A stretch of DNA of 34,248 nucleotides from IMG/VR virus record IMGVR_UViG_3300032282_002789; one strand, given 5' to 3'. The position numbers and the translations under genes were made by a program. Source of the DNA: an uncultured virus (IMG/VR IMGVR_UViG_3300032282_002789). Its lineage: Duplodnaviria; Heunggongvirae; Uroviricota; Caudoviricetes. Below, in pieces: positions 7,476 to 14,927 of this stretch; the stretch's first letter is position 1; each line of letters opens with the position of its first letter. Under the pieces are notes generated by a model. The model saw only the letters and a list, made by a program, of their open reading frames with translations, was not told where the DNA came from and did no database searches.

Positions 7476-9356
7476 TTATGCGTTAACTAATCGCCGACTA
7501 ATCGCATACTTCACGATTGATTTAGCCATGCTAATTAAGTTAAGGGGATTATTTACAACCGCACCAATTTCGCAATAGTGCGATTTTTCTTGATCAAGTT
7601 TTACAATCTCATCTTGATCAGCAATATACGCAAAAGCAGTTAATACACCAGCATTACCTAGTTTCTTAATTGCTTCGTTATTTTCTTTAACGGAATAATG
7701 TTCCCACTCTCCGTCAGTAATAGCAAAGAAAATACGAACTGGTTTTTCAGTTTCAGCAAGTATTTTAGTTGCGTAAGTAATTGCTTCGGTTGGATTAGTT
7801 CCACCCTGAGAGCCAGCATTACGGATTACACCAGTTGCTTTTTCATCAGCACGATACAAAACATTTGTAGTTGTGTTGAATGTAATTACTGTGGTGTTTG
7901 CGTTAATGCGATCTAATGCTCTTTTAATCGCATACATAGCCCGATAAGCAGAAGTTTCTTTACTGCCACTCATTGAACCTGAATTGTCTAAAAGGATTAC
8001 GCACTCGATCTCTGTGGCATCATCTTGTCCTTCTGACCATTGATCGAAAATCGTATCTAAATCATCACCACGCATATATCTATGCGCCTGTAAGCGACCT
8101 TGTGATTGGTATTTATTCCAAGCAGGGTCAAAGGTTGCTTTTAATCTTTCCAACTCTCTACTAAAAGATAGAGATGCTTGGAAAGTTTTAGCATCAGGAT
8201 TTTGATTTTGATACCGAGATTTATGTGGCTCTTTAGAATTATTAGTAGCAAGAGAAGGTAAGCCACCAATTTGTCTAATGATGTCGTTGATCTCGTCAGC
8301 AATCTGTTGGTTATCTAATATGTTATTTAACATATCAGATAAAGCAGATTGATTATCAGGAGTTTCATTACCAGCAGTTTTACCATTACCAGTATTTTTA
8401 TTTTGATTAGTTAAATCAATTTCAATTACTGGTTGTGATTTTAATTGTTCTGCCAATTTAGCATCATCTTTAATAGGTTTTGTTTTAGCCCTATCACGAT
8501 CACGCTTTTGTTGAATTGGTGGAACTGGGCGAGATGTTGATGAACTCTCTATACCTTCATGCGGTCTATCACCATGACCGAATGGAGATTTAATTGAGAT
8601 CATAACTTTCTTGCCACCATTACCAAGTAAATCTTTTTCCCAATCCGCTAATCCGTCTTGGGAAACTTCTTGTTTTGGCATTAACGCATCAAATCGTTTG
8701 ATTAAATCTTTTGCTAATTCAGTATCATCAGGAAAAATTAATACACGATACTGGTCAACAATTTCGCAGATTTCATCTAATTGATCTTGGAACTTATATG
8801 CGTTGCGTGATCGTGCCAACAATTCAGTTGGTAGATATTGCCGACCACGCAATAAGCCATACGAAGTTTCAAATGCTTTTGGGTCATCAACAAAGTGAAT
8901 AAGAATTGTTGATGTGAACCAATCAATCGTTGACGGATAACGAGTTGTAAATAAAGTTTCAATTCGCTGATCGTCTAACGCATTGTAAGCAAATAAATAA
9001 TCATTATCTCTACACCATTCAAAGATTTCAGAACCTTCTCTTGGTGTATAAAGAATGTGGCTAACTTCGTGTAAATCAAGACCACGCAATCCAGCAATTT
9101 CTTTTGCTGTATTTAAGTTGCCAAGTAATCGAGAGTTAAAACAAACATGACTAGCACCTGACCAAGCAGGTGCGTTTATGTCGGCATGTTCAACTTTAAC
9201 TTCTACCTTACGAAGTGTTAATGCGGAATTAACTCTGCCAAAGAACTGAGTAAATCGTTCAATCCTTTGGCGTTTAATTTCCGCTTCTTGTTTCTGTTTA
9301 TTTTTTAGATCAGATTGGGCTAAAGCCGTATCTAAATCTAAGAATGGATAATCCAT
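7476..9356 (-). CDS. VWA-domain protein with N-terminal HExxH metallopeptidase-like region (CobT-like partner of MoxR ATPase)
   Basis: LHEVSH; MIDAS ILLDNSGSM, GGT, AITDG. Confidence 0.88.
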   Translation of the reverse strand: MDYPFLDLDTALAQSDLKNKQKQEAEIKRQRIERFTQFFGRVNSALTLRKVEVKVEHADINAPAWSGASHVCFNSRLLGNLNTAKEIAGLRGLDLHEVSHILYTPREGSEIFEWCRDNDYLFAYNALDDQRIETLFTTRYPSTIDWFTSTILIHFVDDPKAFETSYGLLRGRQYLPTELLARSRNAYKFQDQLDEICEIVDQYRVLIFPDDTELAKDLIKRFDALMPKQEVSQDGLADWEKDLLGNGGKKVMISIKSPFGHGDRPHEGIESSSTSRPVPPIQQKRDRDRAKTKPIKDDAKLAEQLKSQPVIEIDLTNQNKNTGNGKTAGNETPDNQSALSDMLNNILDNQQIADEINDIIRQIGGLPSLATNNSKEPHKSRYQNQNPDAKTFQASLSFSRELERLKATFDPAWNKYQSQGRLQAHRYMRGDDLDTIFDQWSEGQDDATEIECVILLDNSGSMSGSKETSAYRAMYAIKRALDRINANTTVITFNTTTNVLYRADEKATGVIRNAGSQGGTNPTEAITYATKILAETEKPVRIFFAITDGEWEHYSVKENNEAIKKLGNAGVLTAFAYIADQDEIVKLDQEKSHYCEIGAVVNNPLNLISMAKSIVKYAISRRLVNA

Positions 9357-9370
9357 TTATTTATTCCTAA

Positions 9371-10234
9371 CTAAGCGTTAACTGTTTCAAGTAATCCGAG
9401 ATCGGATTTGATGTTGTATTCGCTACCTTCTAGCAACATACGAACTGCTGGCTTCTCATCATCAGCAAAGTTATTAACAAACACTTCACTAGCAAACTCA
9501 TAAGAAAGACCCTTAGCAAGTTTCTCGAATGTTTTTAAGATACGAGTTGATACTGGGGTTTCAAATATAGTTGACGGATTAGAAGCATCATTAACACGAA
9601 GCGTTGAACGCATACCATTAGCAAGTTCTAGTAATGAACTTGAACTAAGGATTTGTTTTTCAATCTTTGTGTCGTAGTTGTAAGTTAACTTAATTGCGAA
9701 GCGATCTTTCCACGCTTCATTAAGTAATTGAGTTCCACGATAATTAGGGTTCATATCAGCAACCACTAATAAATCAGGGTGAGCATGGATAACTTCGTTG
9801 TCGTGGCTCATCAATGTAATTGATCGGCGATCATCTAACAAACTCATTAGATATTGTGAAAGGTTCTTTGGTGCGTTATTTAATTCGTTAATTAATAACA
9901 CGCCACCTTCACGAACGATCTTTGTAATTGCGCCGTCAATCCACTTTAACTCGCCGTTGCTATCAGGAAATAGACCGCCAGTTAATTGTGTGAAATCAAG
10001 TGCGTTATTAGAAGGAACGGCAAAGAAGTTCATTTTGCGTTTTGATGCGTAAGCCATAGCGGAAGTTGTTTTACCAGTTCCAGCATCACCTTCAATTAAC
10101 ACATTCATTTTGTTTTCAAGTGAATAGTCATACATTTGAGTTTCGGTAATACCGCCACCGAAAGATCGTTCAATGTAATGCCCAGTTTGTTCCAGCGAAG
10201 GAACAAAGAAGGATTTGTTATTTGTTGTAGTCAT
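9371..10234 (-). CDS. MoxR/CbbQ/NorQ-type AAA+ ATPase
   Basis: Walker A GDAGTGKT, degenerate Walker B LLINELN, MNP.YRGT..LNEAWKDRF. Confidence 0.9.
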   Translation of the reverse strand: MTTTNNKSFFVPSLEQTGHYIERSFGGGITETQMYDYSLENKMNVLIEGDAGTGKTTSAMAYASKRKMNFFAVPSNNALDFTQLTGGLFPDSNGELKWIDGAITKIVREGGVLLINELNNAPKNLSQYLMSLLDDRRSITLMSHDNEVIHAHPDLLVVADMNPNYRGTQLLNEAWKDRFAIKLTYNYDTKIEKQILSSSSLLELANGMRSTLRVNDASNPSTIFETPVSTRILKTFEKLAKGLSYEFASEVFVNNFADDEKPAVRMLLEGSEYNIKSDLGLLETVNA

Positions 10235-10285
10235 TTTGTTTTCCGTTTCTGTTTGTTAGTTGGTTTGTATTACTGGGGAATTGAA

Positions 10286-10463
10286 TTGTGTTAGCAATAA
10301 CGGAATAAAGACGATCTCTTTATCTATTATGGATTTCTTTATAGTTGAATTGGCTAATCTGTTGTCGTTCATAAATGAAGGAACAAAACGCAAATGATTA
10401 ATAGCAACCATTTGATTTTCAGAAAACTGCCCAAAACTATTTAATCGGCTATTGCTAACACAA
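10286..10463 (-). ncRNA. Candidate structured RNA/leader upstream of the AAA+ gene (about 180 nt)
   Basis: Perfect 14-bp terminal inverted repeat TTGTGTTAGCAATA/TATTGCTAACACAA enclosing further hairpins. Confidence 0.5.
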
Positions 10464-10469
10464 ACTTAT

Positions 10470-10754
10470 TTATTTGTATTCAGGTATTTCCACTTCGGGG
10501 TGTTTTTCAATAATTGATGAAGCAAGTAAAACATCATCAAGTTGGTCGTCAACCAATTCAATGAACGCTTTTTGTTCAGCCACTTTTTCATCAAGAATAA
10601 TCTCGACCTGATTGAATAGAGGAATTGCCATTTCAATAAAGAACTCAGGTGCTTCAAGTTCTTTCATTTTTATTATTAGAGTTTTTAATGATGTATGTAA
10701 TAACCCAACTTCATCAAAAGTTAGATCATTAATGATCATTTTTTTGTTTTCCAT
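10470..10754 (-). CDS. Hypothetical acidic protein
   Basis: 94-aa ORF, AAAGGA RBS. Confidence 0.65.
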   Translation of the reverse strand: MENKKMIINDLTFDEVGLLHTSLKTLIIKMKELEAPEFFIEMAIPLFNQVEIILDEKVAEQKAFIELVDDQLDDVLLASSIIEKHPEVEIPEYK

Positions 10755-10937
10755 TTATTTTAGTCCTTTGACTATTTTGTTGATGTTTAATTCTTTCAAA
10801 ACACCAAGAGTGTAATTGTCAGAACTGGTAGAAAAGAACCGAGTTCCGTTAGATAGAACAAGATCAACTAAGTTAATTGAGATCGTTCCAGTAGCAACTA
10901 TCTTTCCGTTTGTATCTATATATGTATTTGTTTTCAT
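10755..10937 (-). CDS. Hypothetical protein, first gene of the leftward operon
   Basis: 60-aa ORF, AAGGA RBS, adjacent to the next gene. Confidence 0.6.
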   Translation of the reverse strand: MKTNTYIDTNGKIVATGTISINLVDLVLSNGTRFFSTSSDNYTLGVLKELNINKIVKGLK

Positions 10938-10990
10938 TACTTATTCCTTATTGTTGGGGGGAAGGAATTGGTTTCTATATTAAGTTGTAT

Positions 10991-11425
10991 TGAATACATT
11001 ATGTATTCACCACTATTACTGATCAAAGATAATTCGCAGATTATTTATTTCTCAGTAATAGCAGAAAACACATACATCAATATATTTATCATATTTATTA
11101 CTAACTAACTTCATAGTGCTTAGATCAGATTGGATACTGTCGGCATTTGTTATTAACAAAACTATCCATGATTAATTAGTAGAAAACATATTGATTATGT
11201 TTGCCTAATTCTCTATGTAATTAATAGTTGATTGATTTGCTATCACCCTAATAAGTTCCCGAAGGATTTAATGACTTATTAAGTTCACTAGAGTTCAATC
11301 TCTATCTAGGCTTTTTTCACTTGAAAATTATTGATCTTTTGCCCCTAGAGGTTTCTAAAAAGATCAAACTTTTATCTCGGTGTGCCTGATCAGATCGTAG
11401 CACTAACTACTACAAGTTGATAATA
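10991..11425 (-). ncRNA. Candidate large structured ncRNA or 5' leader (about 430-480 nt)
   Basis: ORF-free AT-rich segment with at least six local hairpins and a long-range TAGTGCT/AGCACTA pairing; strand inferred from the operon direction. Confidence 0.45.
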
Positions 11426-11619
11426 GGCTCGATCATTCCAGCAGGGGGCAATATGTCCGTTTTGCCCGATTGAGCGTGGAACACGCTGGCTCATGGCAGG
11501 GCGATCAAGCGTGGGGTGGGGTAAAGGGCTGGAACTGGGGGGTAAATGGCTCATAGACCCCTTCTAGCCCCTTTTAGGGCTATTTGAGCGTAAGGGGCTA
11601 ACTGGGGAACTAGGAACTG

Positions 11620-11940
11620 GAACTAACTATTCGAACGCCCGTTCGAACGGGCAAAACTTACTCATGGTGGCGAAAGCGGTGGTGGTGGCGAGTTAGTTGT
11701 GAACTAACTATTTACTCCAGTAAGAAGTTAGTTAGTTAAGTGTGTGCGCCTTGTTTAGATATTAGTTAGTTATGAAGTTATTTAGTTAGTTGGGAAATGC
11801 GCCGAAGTTATTTTTTCCAGTAATGATAAGAGAGAGATATATACATAAGAGAGATAAGAGATAGATGTATTCGATAACCAACCTACCAATAGCCATGTAG
11901 TTAAATGTTTCATTTGATTACATGGGAAGTTAGTTATGTG
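11620..11940. repeat. Cluster of AGTTAGTT/AACTAACT repeats
   Basis: Copies near 11621, 11691, 11702, 11726, 11763, 11783 and 11928. Confidence 0.7.
11631..11646. promoter_or_regulatory. Actinobacterial LexA (SOS) box
   Basis: TCGAAC-GCCC-GTTCGA matches the TCGAAC-N4-GTTCGA consensus exactly. Confidence 0.65.
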
Positions 11941-12337
11941 TGTGCGTGTGATCTAAGTGATTAAGTGATCGTGTGGTCAATGGCTAATGGCTAATGGGAG
12001 ATTAGTTATTACAAGGAGAAAGGCACTAATGATCTGATAACAAGTCCGAGAGTGATCTGTCAGGCTGGTCGTATCCGTATTGCCAGTTTGTTATTTATCG
12101 CAGTAGCCGAAAGTTAATTCGTTATCGTGTCATCAAATTGTCATCAAGCCATGTGGAACACATGGTTATTGAGCGTGTGTTAACACAATCGCACCTGATT
12201 AATAGTCAGGTGGAGTTGTTAACACGATCAAATGAGCCAAGACCCCCCCACCATTAAACGCCAGCGCACAGACGAACCCCCAGGTTGGACACACGGTTGA
12301 CGCTGTAGGAGGGGGGCAGTAGCCGTAAACTGGGCCT

Positions 12338-12586
12338 ATGAGTAACTTAGGACGTCAATTCGATAAGCCAAAGCAAAAGCGCACCATGGCATACTCTTAT
12401 GAAGACCCAGGAGTGACCTACTGCCCTAAATGCCATAAGAACGCTTTAGCAGAACCTAAGAGTAAAACAGGTTTAGAGGGCGAACCAACAATTAAGTACA
12501 ACACTGACTATCAGACAGGTGACCTCGAAGTCTGCACTGGTGGGTGTGGTAAGACTATATTTGGTAAAAAGGGTACCTACGAGTGA
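12338..12586 (+). CDS. Zinc-ribbon protein with N-terminal NLGRQF tag
   Basis: CPKC...CTGGCG; leaderless TAAACT-N6-ATG. Confidence 0.7.
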   Translation: MSNLGRQFDKPKQKRTMAYSYEDPGVTYCPKCHKNALAEPKSKTGLEGEPTIKYNTDYQTGDLEVCTGGCGKTIFGKKGTYE

Positions 12587-12978
12587 GCGCATCAGATCAT
12601 TTAGGCCCTCAGTGGCATCAGTTGGATATGTACCAAACTGCTAAAGCATTGCGTAAATACACCCTTCTTGATGTCGAAGATAAAAAAATTAAGAATAAAA
12701 GGAACCATCGCTCTAACGCTGATGTAGATAATCAGGTTATGGACAAGAAATTAGCCACTTCTAAAAAATCAGGGCTATATGACTCTGTTAAGAGGATCGG
12801 TGTTCAAGATCCCGTCTCTATTGGAGAGGGTCGCTTCCTACCCTATAAAAAGAATACCGTGGCCAATGGTCATCACCGCATTGCAGCAGCCTATAAAATA
12901 AACAAGAATATGATAATCCCTGTGGAGCATATAGGTCTTGAACCATTTAAGGTTAATGGAAAAACGTATAATAGTTAA
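12583..12978 (+). CDS. ParB/sulfiredoxin-like domain protein (HLGPQW tag)
   Basis: LYDSVKRIGVQDPV...NGHHRIAAA...IPV. Confidence 0.75.
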   Translation: MSASDHLGPQWHQLDMYQTAKALRKYTLLDVEDKKIKNKRNHRSNADVDNQVMDKKLATSKKSGLYDSVKRIGVQDPVSIGEGRFLPYKKNTVANGHHRIAAAYKINKNMIIPVEHIGLEPFKVNGKTYNS

Positions 12979-13143
12979 ATGGATTACCAGTCACGCCTAT
13001 TTGATGAGATAAAGACCGTTGCACGTATGCAGATGGCCAAAGAGATCCTTGAGGGTATACAAGAGATAGATGTAAACACATACACCCAGGCCCAGACCAT
13101 TAGTCGGGTTGTTCAAATCGTCGAGGGCGCAAAAGGAATCTAA
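12979..13143 (+). CDS. Small hypothetical protein (54 aa)
   Basis: Hand-translated MDYQSRLFDEIK..., starts directly after the upstream stop. Confidence 0.6.
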   Translation: MDYQSRLFDEIKTVARMQMAKEILEGIQEIDVNTYTQAQTISRVVQIVEGAKGI

Positions 13144-13199
13144 TTCCTTTTACCCTCCTCTCCCATTTAGCCACATCGAAGATGTGGTAGGTTGACTTC

Positions 13200-13346
13200 A
13201 TGGTAGATGAGTGTTTTGGCAAAGAGACGTGTAAGTGCGAGTTTGACTTGGATATGGATGGTCAGGTGACCTGTGTGATGTGCGGTGCCAGAGATACCTT
13301 GACCCCACCGTCTTGGGGAGATACCCCAGTTAGTTTTGAGGAGTAG
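13200..13346 (+). CDS. Small Cys-rich protein (48 aa)
   Basis: Hand-translated MVDECFGKETCKC...CVMCG; TGgTAGGTT-N6-ATG leaderless start. Confidence 0.55.
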   Translation: MVDECFGKETCKCEFDLDMDGQVTCVMCGARDTLTPPSWGDTPVSFEE

Positions 13347-13369
13347 TACAAAGGAGATAGAGTAGGGAT

Positions 13370-14080
13370 ATGACAAAACCTATAACAGTTTATTGGATGT
13401 GTAATGAAGATGAGTCTATTAGGGCAGTCGCACCTGAAAAAGCAAGTAAACGATTTTACTCCCATGATGTTAGAAGTGATGATTCAGGGTCTCTTATAGC
13501 CGTAAACTATTGTCCAGCATCAAATAGAGCATTAAAAAATCTTTACGCTATAAAATCAATTTATGATTATTCTTTTACAATAAAAGGTGATCGTTGCGAA
13601 TCCCCCATGTATGATCAGGTTTTTTTTGACAAGCATGTAGTTATAAGATCAATAGAAAAGAAGGTCTTTAGTTTTAAAAATGTGTATGCTTTTTTTACTG
13701 ATGAAAAGAGCCTAGAGATAACGGCATATGAATACCCCATATTTGAAGACAATGAAGTGGCTAAACGATGTATCCCTATTATGGGTAAATATGATATTGG
13801 GAAATGGTTCCGCCCCTTAGAATTCCCATTTATTTTAAAAGAGGAATTCGACACCTTTACAGTAAAGGAGCAGGATGTTCTTTATTACCTTAGATTTCAT
13901 ACAGATCGTCCCATTATCTTTAAGCAGGTTATGATGACCAATGCTTTAAAGAGCATGTTAGATCACTCAACAGCAGTACACGCTCATAAAACACGTACAT
14001 TTAAGACCCTTGAGAACTTCTACTCTCTTTTTAAAGGAAAAAATTACCTTTTAAAAGAACTTAATAGAAATTTGCTTTAA
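13370..14080 (+). CDS. Hypothetical protein (beta-rich)
   Basis: 236-aa ORF, YCPA and GKYDIGKWFRP motifs; TAGAGT-N6-ATG. Confidence 0.75.
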   Translation: MTKPITVYWMCNEDESIRAVAPEKASKRFYSHDVRSDDSGSLIAVNYCPASNRALKNLYAIKSIYDYSFTIKGDRCESPMYDQVFFDKHVVIRSIEKKVFSFKNVYAFFTDEKSLEITAYEYPIFEDNEVAKRCIPIMGKYDIGKWFRPLEFPFILKEEFDTFTVKEQDVLYYLRFHTDRPIIFKQVMMTNALKSMLDHSTAVHAHKTRTFKTLENFYSLFKGKNYLLKELNRNLL

Positions 14081-14108
14081 TCATAGGTTTAATAGTACGG
14101 TATATCCT

Positions 14109-14249
14109 ATGCGCCTATTTGGATTAGAAATTCGACGTGATGGTAGAATGAAGGAGATGACTGTAGTAACCTGCTACAAGTGTGCCTGTGACTACATGGT
14201 GGCCAAGGAACACCTTCGGGCGTATAACTACTGTCCAAGTTGTAAATAA
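14109..14249 (+). CDS. Small zinc-ribbon protein (46 aa)
   Basis: Hand-translated ...CYKC...CPSC. Confidence 0.55.
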   Translation: MRLFGLEIRRDGRMKEMTVVTCYKCACDYMVAKEHLRAYNYCPSCK

Positions 14250-14261
14250 CTGATCGGAGTA

Positions 14262-14435
14262 ATGATGATATTAAAGACCGACTTCATATCCCTCTTCTGT
14301 GTGACCATAGTTACCATATTTGTTTTGTGGGAATCTCGTCGTAAAGAGTCTCCTGTTTACATCATAATGAAAATTATTGCGGCAGTAATCATTGTTCTCT
14401 GGATAATGGCCTCAATCCTATATTCTCAGCAATAA
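14262..14435 (+). CDS. Small two-helix membrane protein (57 aa)
   Basis: Hand-translated; two hydrophobic stretches; GGAG RBS. Confidence 0.55.
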   Translation: MMILKTDFISLFCVTIVTIFVLWESRRKESPVYIIMKIIAAVIIVLWIMASILYSQQ

Positions 14436-14441
14436 CTAAAT

Positions 14442-14819
14442 ATGCCGTATAAGGACAGGAAGTCCGATAAGGCTAAGGCGACCAGTAAAAAGGCAGGCAA
14501 GAAGTACTATTTGAAAAATAGGGGCGCCCAGTTATTACGTAACAAGACCAAGAAGGATCAGATACGTGATTACATCCGTAAGTACAAAGAACACCGAGGA
14601 TGTATGGATTGCGGAGTTAAGTATCCTTATTACGTACTAGACCTAGATCATCGTGATCCTAATGAGAAGAAGTTCACCCCCGCCATGTTACATAAGACAG
14701 GTAGTTGGGAGAAGATGATCGTAGAGATCAGAAAGTGTGATGTGGTCTGTTCTAACTGCCACAGGCAGCGGACTCATGAGAGAGGTCACTACACTCACTC
14801 TAATGAACACATACTCTAA
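14442..14819 (+). CDS. HNH endonuclease
   Basis: CMDCG...LDLDH...EIRKCDVVCSNCHRQRT; same type as the C-terminus of 5464-6075. Confidence 0.8.
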   Translation: MPYKDRKSDKAKATSKKAGKKYYLKNRGAQLLRNKTKKDQIRDYIRKYKEHRGCMDCGVKYPYYVLDLDHRDPNEKKFTPAMLHKTGSWEKMIVEIRKCDVVCSNCHRQRTHERGHYTHSNEHIL

Positions 14820-14927
14820 GAGGTCTCTCTTGGCTTATGTGGGATCATTGCTGGGAAATTAGATAGGGGCTCATAAAATTTTTGAAACTCAAAGAGTTAG
14901 GCAGTGGCTTATGATAGGGTGGGAAAA

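Noticed and set aside
315..12300. Left arm as an independent integrated satellite or ICE
   Set aside because: No att direct repeats, replication or conjugation genes are visible and the content resembles phage early genes; not fully excluded
11430..12337. CRISPR array or tRNA genes in the intergenic region
   Set aside because: The repeats are short and irregularly spaced, and no cloverleaf with a T-loop consensus was seen here or elsewhere
14904..14927. GTG start for the carbamoyltransferase
   Set aside because: The family begins at M-x-I-x-G-I, and this segment contains the likely -10 element
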